From: Alistipes sp.
GTDB lineage: Bacteria; Bacteroidota; Bacteroidia; Bacteroidales; Rikenellaceae
Assembly: GCA_017623115.1 (NCBI GenBank)
Contig: JAGAPT010000050.1
Coordinates: 4,107-68,106, forward strand
DNA length: 64,000 nucleotides
Reading direction: 5' to 3'
A model generated the notes under the pieces. It saw nothing but the letters and a program-made list of their open reading frames with translations. It was not told the DNA's origin and ran no database searches. This document shows, piece by piece, positions 46,554 through 55,757 of the stretch (position 1 is the stretch's first letter; each line of letters starts with the position of its first letter). Both the position numbers and the translations under genes were made by a program.

Positions 46554-49316
46554 ATGAAACGCCTCCTTGTGATTGTGTCAGCCTTTTGGGTTGTTGTGTG
46601 TGATTGGTCGGCATATGCTGAAAATAAGATGGATAAAGTACCGGTGACAGGCTGCTATTGGATGTGGATGAATGGAAACATCTCAAAGGAGGGAATCACC
46701 AAGGATTTGGAGTATATGAAAGCGGCGGGTATTGAGTCGGCTTTTATCATTGATGTGGCAGTTGGTGTTGAACGAGGTACAGTGGATTATGGATCGAAAG
46801 CGTGGGTCGATGCGGTGAAACACGCTTGTCGGGAGGCTGCTCGTTTGGGCTTGACACTGGGGTTGCATAATGCCCCGGGCTATACAGCGACGGGAGGCCC
46901 GTGGATTCGCCCTGAAGAATCCATGAAGGAGTTGACGTGGAGTGTCTCGGAATCGTGTACTCCACCTGTCCCGGTGCATAAAATGGGTTTCTATCGTGAT
47001 ATCAAGACCTTTGAGGTGAATGCCGCCGATGAGATGCAGGAACTGGCTTGCCGCTTAGAGGCAGATGAATCGGTGACCATCACATTGAGTAGAGAGAAAC
47101 CTTTGGTGGGATTTAATCTTTGGCGTGGAGCGCGAGAAAAGCCGCTTCATCCGCATGATGGCCCTCGGGATTATGCCCCACGCTTGCGTGTGGAGGTTAG
47201 TTGCGATGGAAAGATATGGCAACTGCTTGGTATCGCCTCGGGGCCTGCTTTGAAGGCGCGTGACATACCTATATACTTTGCTTGTGCAGCCACCCCTTGT
47301 CGCTATCTTCGGTTGACGAGTAATCGGGGAACCAATCTGGCTCGCATCGAACTATTAACCGAAGAGGGGTCGGGGCGAGCGTATCGTCGATTGGGGTACA
47401 CGACGAACGGACAAATGGTGACAGCTGCTACCGAGTCGGGGCTGGGGCTTGAATGTGATAAATTGTCTCGACAGGGTGTTGAAGCTCACTTTAATCGATT
47501 TCTTGGCCCTCTGCTTGATGAGTTGCGCCCTTATTGTGGGCATGTGTTGACGCATATCCTCATTGACAGTTGGGAGGCTGGTGGTCAAGATTGGACGGAG
47601 TCACTCGGCTTAGCATATTTGACCACGGGTGAAGGAAAGGACTGGTTGTATGGAGGTATCGGCAAGCGGACCAAAACGAAAGAGGAACTTTTTATGTCGG
47701 AGTATTTGTTGCCGTTGAAGGAGATGCTCAAGCCTTATGGACTGCAGTTGGCCGGTGAACCATATGGTAATGGCGATTTCGCCCGAAAAGAGTATGGCTA
47801 TGCCTTTGATTTGCCGATGAGTGAGTATTGGGCTCGGTCGCATTACGGGACAATCGAGCGACCGCGCTTTGTGTCGCGTTATGCCCATTCGGCCGGTAGA
47901 TCGGTAATCGGTTGCGAGTGCTTTACGGCTTATCCGGGGGATGCGGATATCCCTGCAACGCTGGGTAGTTTTCGCTGTGATATTGATGCACTCTGCGATG
48001 CCGGTGTGAACTTCTTCGTGTTGCATTGTGTGGCGCATCAGTATGATGATGAGCATCCGTTGACGATGGGACCCTTTGGTACGCGCTTTGATCGTCTGCA
48101 CGCTCATGTCGATTCGGTGCGTATGTTGACCGATTATATGCGTGAACGCGTTGCTTTGCAATGTCGCCGTGCCGAATTTGACTATATGACCGGCGAGGAG
48201 GGAGCACGAGCCTACCTGCGTCTGCCGCGTGGCCACAAGGAGGTGCGAGCGGTGCTCTACTGCCACCAGAATATGACCGAGGAGGTGCTTTTCCGCAGTC
48301 GGGAGTTTTGTCGGGCGATGGACAGCCTCGGTGTTGCCATGGCCTTCGTGCAGCGTGGCTCGCAGAATTGGGATGTTACGAAGGGGTGCCAGGAGCGTTT
48401 TGAGCAACTCATGAAGTCCTTTGCCGAGGGTACCGAGCATCCCGAAATTGCCTTGGCTCCCATCATCCCCTTCGGCCATTCGGCGCAAGCAACCTTTCCG
48501 TGGAACTTTGCGGCATGGAATCCCGAGCGCACGCTCTGCGTTATCTCTTACCATGGCGACGCTCCGCGTACCAACCTCTGCGGATATGGTGGGCCGAATC
48601 TCGAATGGGGGCGTACACGCAATATTGACCGCATCCCGGGGTTGATGATTGAGGGCGAGTATGAGTGGTGGGAGGCCCGTGTGCGACCCGCCCTGGCCTT
48701 CCGCATGATGTACCCCGATAGCCGTATCTCCTTCCTCTGCGATGCCCAAAAGGGGCATTTCGACCTTTCGCTCGAGACGCAGGCCTATATGGCACGATTT
48801 ATTGCCAAGGCGTTGGCCAACCCACGTCCCGAGGGTGGATGCTACTATTCACGCTGGTACGAGAGTGGCTTCGAGAGCCCTGACCCTCACGATCAATTCT
48901 GGTATCAGGATGAGGAGATGGTACGCTTGACGCAGGCGCGCTATGTCGCGTCACGTGGCAAAAAGATGCAATATCTTTCGGCACGCATCTATGGCGAACA
49001 ACTGCGCTATGAAGCCGACAAACACATCAAGATGAATGCGCTGTGTACGACCCACGAATTTACGGTCGAACCCTTCTTTGTCGATGCCGACCGCACGTCC
49101 GAGAGCGATGCGCATGCTGCTGTGCGACCGCGCGTGGTACTGATTTCAGGCCCCGCGATTCAGACGGGTGAATACACCTTCCGACTCGACCCCGACTATT
49201 TCGGGCATGACCCCAAACGGTTGTGGAGCGGTATCACGCTCTGCCTCGAGGCGGATGGCGATGCGACCTACAAATCGGCGGTGCAGGAGGTGAATCTCCA
49301 AATCCGATTGCCCTAA
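46554..49316 (+). CDS. Secreted chimera: GH106 (alpha-L-rhamnosidase-like) barrel plus alpha/beta-hydrolase-like domain
   Basis: Signal peptide from MKRLLV. YWMWMNGNISKEGITKDLE.MK.AGI, HNAPG...GGPWI.PE.SM, IDSWE, PMSEYW. After about 48170: AYLRLP..., GHSAQ, GHFD. Confidence 0.7.
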   Translation: MKRLLVIVSAFWVVVCDWSAYAENKMDKVPVTGCYWMWMNGNISKEGITKDLEYMKAAGIESAFIIDVAVGVERGTVDYGSKAWVDAVKHACREAARLGLTLGLHNAPGYTATGGPWIRPEESMKELTWSVSESCTPPVPVHKMGFYRDIKTFEVNAADEMQELACRLEADESVTITLSREKPLVGFNLWRGAREKPLHPHDGPRDYAPRLRVEVSCDGKIWQLLGIASGPALKARDIPIYFACAATPCRYLRLTSNRGTNLARIELLTEEGSGRAYRRLGYTTNGQMVTAATESGLGLECDKLSRQGVEAHFNRFLGPLLDELRPYCGHVLTHILIDSWEAGGQDWTESLGLAYLTTGEGKDWLYGGIGKRTKTKEELFMSEYLLPLKEMLKPYGLQLAGEPYGNGDFARKEYGYAFDLPMSEYWARSHYGTIERPRFVSRYAHSAGRSVIGCECFTAYPGDADIPATLGSFRCDIDALCDAGVNFFVLHCVAHQYDDEHPLTMGPFGTRFDRLHAHVDSVRMLTDYMRERVALQCRRAEFDYMTGEEGARAYLRLPRGHKEVRAVLYCHQNMTEEVLFRSREFCRAMDSLGVAMAFVQRGSQNWDVTKGCQERFEQLMKSFAEGTEHPEIALAPIIPFGHSAQATFPWNFAAWNPERTLCVISYHGDAPRTNLCGYGGPNLEWGRTRNIDRIPGLMIEGEYEWWEARVRPALAFRMMYPDSRISFLCDAQKGHFDLSLETQAYMARFIAKALANPRPEGGCYYSRWYESGFESPDPHDQFWYQDEEMVRLTQARYVASRGKKMQYLSARIYGEQLRYEADKHIKMNALCTTHEFTVEPFFVDADRTSESDAHAAVRPRVVLISGPAIQTGEYTFRLDPDYFGHDPKRLWSGITLCLEADGDATYKSAVQEVNLQIRLP

Positions 49317-49332
49317 ATTTTTTCCGGCGATA

Positions 49333-49364
49333 TTTGTGAATTTGCAAAAATATGTTTACTTTTG
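49333..49364 (+). promoter_or_regulatory. Sigma-A promoter upstream of the esterase gene
   Basis: TTTG (49333-49336), 20 nt, TACTTTTG (49357-49364). Confidence 0.6.
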
Positions 49365-49427
49365 CAAAGAGATTAAAACGATTTAACAACCTTACACCAA
49401 TAACTATTTACCTAATACTTTATGATT

Positions 49428-50426
49428 ATGAAGACAACAAAAATGTTGGCACTCGTTGCTCTGGCGGTGGCGGTCGTTCTGCCGACAAGTGCGCAGCAGC
49501 CCCAAAAGGCAAAAATTTCAAACCGCTATTCGATGGAGCTCATCGAGAACGGCGATGGTACCTATTCAATAAAATATCCCAATAAATATAAGTTTATCGA
49601 CCTTGCTGAGGTGCCGGATTTGTTGACGGTCTATGAGCATCGCCCGATCGCATCGAGCAAACATTATAAGTCGTGCATCAGCGAGGAGTATGTCTATAAG
49701 ACCTATCCCGAGTATGAACTGAAGCTGATTGTCGATCGCGCTGTGAGCACCACGCCGGCTCCTTTTGTGGTGTGGATTCATGGTGGCGGTTGGACGAAAG
49801 GCAGCAACACGGCTTTCCGCGTTTCGTCGCAATTCCTGGCCGTGCAGAAGGGGATTGCCGGTGTCCGCATTGCTTATACGATGTCGCATCAGCCCAATGC
49901 CCGTATCGACGTGACGATGGAGGATATCCGCGATGCTGTGAAGTGGGTGCAGAAGCATGCCGAAGAGCTCAATATCAATCCCGACAGCTTCGGCTTCTGT
50001 GGTCAGTCGGCCGGTGCTCACCTCTCGGCGCTTTCGGCGATGACCATCAAGGGAGCGAAGGCGATGGTAGGTTATGCCGGTCCTTATAATTTCCTGACCG
50101 CAAACAATGGGGTGGTGAAGTCGCCCGATAAAAAGCGTGTGCGCTATTTCCATAACCTCGAGGAGGATGCGCTGAAGGCCTGCTCGCCTATTTATCAGAT
50201 TCCGAAGAAGGATATTCCTGCAACGATGCTGTGCCATGGTACGGGCGATTGTCTGGTGGACTATACGCAAAGTGTGGAGTATGCCGAGGCGTTGCGTGCA
50301 AAGGGTGGTGAGGTAGATTTGCAGATCTATCCCTACTATGACCATAATTTGCATAGCAAGCGTAGTGATATCGGGCGCAAACTGTTGCTGCTGACGGCCG
50401 ACTTCTTTGTCAAGCACCTGAAATAA
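49428..50426 (+). CDS. Secreted alpha/beta hydrolase (HSL/BD-FAE-like esterase)
   Basis: Signal peptide, WIHGGGW oxyanion motif, GQSAG nucleophile, HGTGD.LV acid, YDH histidine. Confidence 0.88.
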   Translation: MKTTKMLALVALAVAVVLPTSAQQPQKAKISNRYSMELIENGDGTYSIKYPNKYKFIDLAEVPDLLTVYEHRPIASSKHYKSCISEEYVYKTYPEYELKLIVDRAVSTTPAPFVVWIHGGGWTKGSNTAFRVSSQFLAVQKGIAGVRIAYTMSHQPNARIDVTMEDIRDAVKWVQKHAEELNINPDSFGFCGQSAGAHLSALSAMTIKGAKAMVGYAGPYNFLTANNGVVKSPDKKRVRYFHNLEEDALKACSPIYQIPKKDIPATMLCHGTGDCLVDYTQSVEYAEALRAKGGEVDLQIYPYYDHNLHSKRSDIGRKLLLLTADFFVKHLK

Positions 50427-50500
50427 ATTTGAGACAGCCGAGCTGACTTGAATGTTAGACTTCATACAAAGATAATCATCGTTTTTTTACAGCCGGATTT

Positions 50501-52081
50501 ATGAAACAATCGAAGAAACGAGCAGGCCTTTGGTCTGTCATGTTGTGCCTGACACTGCTGTGGTCGGGTGCTACGGCGATGGCGCAAGAGCACAACATCG
50601 TGGGGCGGGTCCTTTGCGAAGGCAGAGGGGTGGCCGGCGCTGTGGTATCGGATGGCGAGCAGGTGGTGGTAACGGATGCCGAAGGAGCCTACGGCATGCA
50701 CTCCTCGAAACAGTGCGGCTATGTCTTTCTCTCGATACCTTCGGGGTATGAGGTGGAGGCCGACGGTATCATTCCACGCCACTTCGTCCCCGTGACACGT
50801 GGGAAGGGGCTCGAACAGGCCGATTTCCACTTGAAGCGGGTCGATAACAGCCGTTATACACTCTTTGTGCTCAACGATATCCACCTCTCGAATACGGCTG
50901 CGGATGAGGATATTCGCCAGTTTTGGGAGAAGTTCGTCCCCGATTATCGGGAGATGATGCAGACCACCAAGGGGAAGTGCTATGGCTTGACGCTGGGCGA
51001 TATGACCACCGACTCGCGTTGGTATCGCAACAACTACGGTCTGCCCGAATACCTGAAGGAGATGGAGCGCATCCCGTCGATTCCGCTCTTCCACGCGATG
51101 GGTAACCACGACAACGATCCGAAGGGTAAGTGGACACCGGAGGAGTGGGACTCGGTGGCGGTGAAGACCTATCGTCGCATTGTGGGCCCGAGTTACTATT
51201 CGTTCAACCTGGGTGAGGTGCACTATGTGATGCTGGACAACTTGGTCTATCTCGGCCCTCGCAAGGTGGGCAAGAAGACCCGTTGGGATTTCCGTGTCGA
51301 GATTGATGAGGTGCAGATGCGCTGGCTGTATGAGGATTTGCAGCACGTGAAGCCTTCGACCCCTCTGATCATCTGTATGCATGCGCCGATGTGGGGATGC
51401 AAGGGGCTCGAAGCAGGCGAGCCGATGTTGAATTGCGCGTTCACCGATGAGCACAATGCTAAAAGGTTGTTGGCCATCGTCAAAGATTTCAAACGAGTTT
51501 ACTTCTTAAGTGGACATACGCATGTCAATCGCCACTACAACTACTCGAAGCGTATCACCGAACACAACAACATTGCCGTGGCTGCGTCGTCGTGGAAGTT
51601 GGATGGCGAGGGGCGTCGTCACCTCTCGAAAGATGGTACGCCGGGCGGATATGCGATTTATCGGGTAGATGGCAAGCGTATCGAGTGGAGTTACAAGGCA
51701 CTCGGCCGACCGATTGACAGTTGCCAATTCATCGTCTATGATATGAATACCGTGCCGAAGAAGTATGGCGGCCTTGCCGACTCGAATGAGGTGTGGCTCA
51801 ATGTCTACAATTACGACCCGAGTTGGCGTATTGAGGTGCGGGAGCATGGGCGCAAACTTCCTGTGGAGCGCATCCGTAAGCGTGATCCGCTCTATCGGTT
51901 GGTGGCGGATGGAGTCTTTGGCTCGGGGAGTGCCTTCACGCCGGCCTTGACCGACCACCTCTTCCGAGTGGTGGCATCGAGCCCGGCCTCGACGCTTGAG
52001 GTGACCGTGCGGGATGGTTTTGGCCATTGCTGGAAACAGACGGTCGAGCGACCCAAGGCCTTCCATTGGCAGATGCAATAA
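50501..52081 (+). CDS. Secreted calcineurin-like metallophosphoesterase with N- and C-terminal accessory domains
   Basis: Signal peptide, GVAGAVVSDG..V..TD..G.Y, NDIH, LGD, GNHD, GHTH, DGTP.GY, NV.NYDP.W. Confidence 0.88.
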   Translation: MKQSKKRAGLWSVMLCLTLLWSGATAMAQEHNIVGRVLCEGRGVAGAVVSDGEQVVVTDAEGAYGMHSSKQCGYVFLSIPSGYEVEADGIIPRHFVPVTRGKGLEQADFHLKRVDNSRYTLFVLNDIHLSNTAADEDIRQFWEKFVPDYREMMQTTKGKCYGLTLGDMTTDSRWYRNNYGLPEYLKEMERIPSIPLFHAMGNHDNDPKGKWTPEEWDSVAVKTYRRIVGPSYYSFNLGEVHYVMLDNLVYLGPRKVGKKTRWDFRVEIDEVQMRWLYEDLQHVKPSTPLIICMHAPMWGCKGLEAGEPMLNCAFTDEHNAKRLLAIVKDFKRVYFLSGHTHVNRHYNYSKRITEHNNIAVAASSWKLDGEGRRHLSKDGTPGGYAIYRVDGKRIEWSYKALGRPIDSCQFIVYDMNTVPKKYGGLADSNEVWLNVYNYDPSWRIEVREHGRKLPVERIRKRDPLYRLVADGVFGSGSAFTPALTDHLFRVVASSPASTLEVTVRDGFGHCWKQTVERPKAFHWQMQ

Positions 52082-52103
52082 GCGGGCAGGGCGGTATCAT
52101 CAT

Positions 52104-52140
52104 AACAGACGGGAGCATTCAACGAATGCTCCCGTCTGTT
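52104..52140. terminator. Bidirectional terminator
   Basis: 17-bp perfect stem AACAGACGGGAGCATTC / GAATGCTCCCGTCTGTT between convergent genes. Confidence 0.85.
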
Positions 52141-52155
52141 GTGTTGTCTGCTCGA

Positions 52156-52533
52156 TTAGAACGGCAGGTCGTCGACTTCGGCAGCCGGAGCTGCAGCGTA
52201 GACAGGCTCGGCGGCGATGGGCGGCAGGTCGGGCATCGGAGCCTCGGGGGCAGGCGCCTCTGCCTGCTTGGGTTGCAGACGCCAAGCACGGATGTCGGTG
52301 TACCAACGGCCGTTGTATTCGCGCGACTCGATGTTTACCGAGACCTGATAGGCAGCTCCCTCGCGGAGTTTGCTTACATCGTCGGGACGGTTGAAGAAGG
52401 TGACGCAAATCTTGCGTGAAAAATTGCCGCCGTCGTTGTAGTCGAAGACGACGTCTTGGCGTTGCCAGGGGCCACGGGCCGATTCGCCCTTCGTGGCGGG
52501 CAGGATTCTGTATACGGTTCCTTCGAATTCCAT
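52156..52533 (-). CDS. DUF3127-family OB-fold protein with acidic DDLPF tail
   Basis: MEFEGTVYRIL...GES.RG.W..Q, V.VNIESREYNGRWYTD.RAW. Start set at MEFEG. Confidence 0.85.
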   Translation of the reverse strand: MEFEGTVYRILPATKGESARGPWQRQDVVFDYNDGGNFSRKICVTFFNRPDDVSKLREGAAYQVSVNIESREYNGRWYTDIRAWRLQPKQAEAPAPEAPMPDLPPIAAEPVYAAAPAAEVDDLPF

Positions 52534-52715
52534 ATGTTTTGGTGTTGTTTTGAATTGTAGGGGCAAAGATAGTGTATTCGACCGAAAAAGTGCAAGCCGA
52601 GCCCGGCTTTTTTTGAAAACTGCTATTTTTTGTTGGTCTGTGCTAATTGGCTGAATGTGGGGGTGTAATAGTTCGCTCAAAAGGCTTTTTGTGAGGTTGA
52701 AATGACCTGTTTTTG

Positions 52716-52747
52716 TTTGGCTGTCTTAATTAATTGTTGTACCTTTG
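52716..52747 (+). promoter_or_regulatory. Sigma-A promoter of the susC locus
   Basis: TTTG (52716-52719), 20 nt, TACCTTTG (52740-52747). Confidence 0.65.
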
Positions 52748-52811
52748 CGCCGGAATTTTGTAACCAATTCTTTGGCGAAGAGCTGAAGAACCATATTATT
52801 AACTGTTTGTC

Positions 52812-55757
52812 ATGCAAAGATTTTTAACCAAATCGCTGTTTGCAGTCGTTTTGTCGTTGCTCTCCATGAGCCTCTATGCGCAGGGGGAGAAGGTGACTGT
52901 GAGCGGTGTGGTGACCTCGGCCGAGGATAAACTGCCGTTGATCGGTGTGGCCGTGGTTACGGAGGCGATGAGTGGCGTGACCACCTCCATCGATGGCGAT
53001 TATACCATCGAGGTAGAGGCCGGTACGAAGCTCACCTTCCAGTATGTCGGCTACCAGACGACCGAGTGGTTGGTGCCGACGGGTCAGAGCAGTGCGACCT
53101 TCAACTTAGAGATGTTGCCTGAAGCACAGGCCGTGGAGGAGGTCGTGGTCATTGCCTATGGTGTCCGCAAGAAGGGCACGGTGGCCGGTTCGGTGTCGAC
53201 CATCAAGGCCGAGAAGATCGAAAACACGCCGACGGCAGCCTTCGATCAGGCTCTGCAGGGTCAGGTGCCGGGTCTGACGGTCTTGTCGAATACGGGTGAG
53301 CCGAGTGCCGCGGCTGTGATGACGATTCGTGGTACGAACTCGATTAATTCGGGTACGGCTCCGCTCTATATTTTGGATGGTGTGCCTATCTCGAGCAGCG
53401 ACTTCAACACGATTAATCCGGCCGATATCGAGTCGTTGTCGGTCCTGAAGGATGCGTCGTCGACCTCGATTTATGGTGCTCGTGCCGCCAATGGTGTGAT
53501 TGTGATTACCACCAAGCGTGGCCGCATGGCCGATCGTCCGCATGTCGAGTACCGCATGCAACTCGGTATCTCGCAGGTGGCACACGGCAAGTGGGATCTG
53601 ATGAATACAGCCGAGCGCATCCAGTATGAGAAGGAGATTGGCATGACGGCAGGTCAGAACTATGCACTGCTGAGCCAGACGGATGTCAACTGGATGGAGG
53701 AGGTCTTCAAGTCGGATGCCATGCTGCAGAGTCACGAGATTTCGATGTCGGGAGCCGATGAGAAGACCAACTACTACCTCTCGGCAGGTTATTACAGCCA
53801 GGAGGGTACCGCCGTTGGGTCGCTCTTCGACCGCTACTCGTTGCGCACGAACATCGAGCGTCGTGCCACCGATTGGCTCAAGGTGGGTACCAACACGATG
53901 CTCAACTACCAGGAGATACAGCAGGCTGACGAGGGTAGTTACACGCTTGTAACGCCCATCTCGGCCGCCCGTTTCATGATGCCCTATTGGAGCCCCTATC
54001 GTGCTGACGGTTCGTTGGCTTCGGTGTCGGATGGCTCGTGGAAGGGTACGGGTCAGAACCCGCTCGAGTGGCTGGAGAACAACCCCGTCGAGTATAAGAA
54101 ATACAAACTCATCTCGACCCTCTTTGCCGAGGCTACGCCCATCGAGGGGCTGACGATTCGTTCGCAGTTCAGCCTCGACTATGGCCATACGACCGGCTTT
54201 GGTAAGTCCTATCCGAGCTATGCTCCGAACCAAAACGACGGTTCGGCATCGCGTAGCACGACTGACAGCCACACGCTGACCGTTACCAATACGATTAACT
54301 ACCGCTTCATGAAGGGTACGAAGCACTCGTTCAACCTCATGGTGGGTCAGGAGGGCATCGACTACCACTACGAGGCCTTCTCGCTGATGACCAAGGGTCA
54401 GAACAACGACAAACTGACCAATCTGTCGACCGGTACGCGTGCCACCTCGTGGAGCGATACGACCGACTCGGATTACGGATTCCTCTCCTTCTTTGGTCGC
54501 GGTGAGTACAATTACGACAACCGCTTCTATCTCGAGGGTGCCGTGCGAGCCGATGCCTCGTCGCGCTTCGGTGCTTCGCGCCGCTGGTCGGGCTTCTGGT
54601 CGGTGGGTTTCATGTGGAATCTGCGTAACGAGAAGTTCATGGAGTCGTGGTCGCGCTGGCTGACCAATGCCCAGATCTCACTCTCGACCGGTACGTCGGG
54701 TAACTCGTCGATTCCGAACTACGAGCATCTGGCCTTGATTACGGGCGGTATGGATTATGTCGGCGATGCCGGCCTTTCGCTGGCTCAGCCCGGTAACGAG
54801 AAACTGGGATGGGAGAAGCCGTGGACCTCGAACTTCGCCCTCAAACTCGGCTTCTGGAATCGCCTGAATGTCGATTTGGAACTCTACTACAAGAAGACCT
54901 CGGATATGTTGATGGAGGTGCCGCAGGTAACCTCGGATAAGGGCTACGGCTACTACTGGGACAACGTCGGCTCGATGGTCAACAAGGGCTTTGAGGTGAA
55001 TGTGATGGGTACGCTCATCCAGACCGAGAAGTTCCTTTGGACCGTCAATGCCAACGTCTCGTACAACCACAACGAGATTACCGAGCTCTACAACGGCGTA
55101 CAGGAGTATGAGCGTTCGAATACGAATACGAAACTCGTCGTGGGTCATCCGCTGGGCGAGTTCTACATCAACCGTTATGCCGGTGTCAACCCCGCCAATG
55201 GTGATGCCTTGTGGTACACGAAGGATGGCGAGCTGACCAACGAGTTGCGCGATAGCGACAAGGTGCTGGTTGGCAAGAGCTATATGGCACCCTGGCAGGG
55301 TGGTTTCGGTACGGCGGTGAGCTGGAAGGGTCTCTCGCTCAGCGCACAGTTCAGCTGGGTGGCCGATCGCTGGATGCTCAACAACGACCGCTATTTCGAC
55401 GAGTCGAACGGTCGCTTTGCTTCGTACAACCAGTCGAATCGCTTGCTCAACCGCTGGAAGCAACCGGGCGATTTGACCGATATTCCGCGCCATGGTGTCT
55501 ACACCGAGTTCGACAGCCGTCTGCTCGAGGATGTCTCGTTCCTGCGTCTGAAGAATGTGATGTTGAGCTATACGCTCCCCACGGAGTGGATGAAGAAAAC
55601 GCGCGTCTTCAGCGGTGCACGCCTCTATGTGCAGGCGCAGAACCTGCTCACCTTCACGAAGTTCTCGGGCCTCGATCCGGAGGGAACGTCGAATATCTAT
55701 GCAGCGCAGTACCCCATGTCGCGCCAGTTTACTTTCGGTTTGGACCTTAAATTCTAA
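52812..55757 (+). CDS. SusC/RagA family TonB-dependent outer membrane transporter
   Basis: Signal peptide, carboxypeptidase-reg-like N domain, EEVVVIAYG, PLYILDG, INPADIES..VLKDA.S..IYG.RAANGVI.ITTK, C-terminal YP..R..TFGLDLKF. Confidence 0.95.
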   Translation: MQRFLTKSLFAVVLSLLSMSLYAQGEKVTVSGVVTSAEDKLPLIGVAVVTEAMSGVTTSIDGDYTIEVEAGTKLTFQYVGYQTTEWLVPTGQSSATFNLEMLPEAQAVEEVVVIAYGVRKKGTVAGSVSTIKAEKIENTPTAAFDQALQGQVPGLTVLSNTGEPSAAAVMTIRGTNSINSGTAPLYILDGVPISSSDFNTINPADIESLSVLKDASSTSIYGARAANGVIVITTKRGRMADRPHVEYRMQLGISQVAHGKWDLMNTAERIQYEKEIGMTAGQNYALLSQTDVNWMEEVFKSDAMLQSHEISMSGADEKTNYYLSAGYYSQEGTAVGSLFDRYSLRTNIERRATDWLKVGTNTMLNYQEIQQADEGSYTLVTPISAARFMMPYWSPYRADGSLASVSDGSWKGTGQNPLEWLENNPVEYKKYKLISTLFAEATPIEGLTIRSQFSLDYGHTTGFGKSYPSYAPNQNDGSASRSTTDSHTLTVTNTINYRFMKGTKHSFNLMVGQEGIDYHYEAFSLMTKGQNNDKLTNLSTGTRATSWSDTTDSDYGFLSFFGRGEYNYDNRFYLEGAVRADASSRFGASRRWSGFWSVGFMWNLRNEKFMESWSRWLTNAQISLSTGTSGNSSIPNYEHLALITGGMDYVGDAGLSLAQPGNEKLGWEKPWTSNFALKLGFWNRLNVDLELYYKKTSDMLMEVPQVTSDKGYGYYWDNVGSMVNKGFEVNVMGTLIQTEKFLWTVNANVSYNHNEITELYNGVQEYERSNTNTKLVVGHPLGEFYINRYAGVNPANGDALWYTKDGELTNELRDSDKVLVGKSYMAPWQGGFGTAVSWKGLSLSAQFSWVADRWMLNNDRYFDESNGRFASYNQSNRLLNRWKQPGDLTDIPRHGVYTEFDSRLLEDVSFLRLKNVMLSYTLPTEWMKKTRVFSGARLYVQAQNLLTFTKFSGLDPEGTSNIYAAQYPMSRQFTFGLDLKF

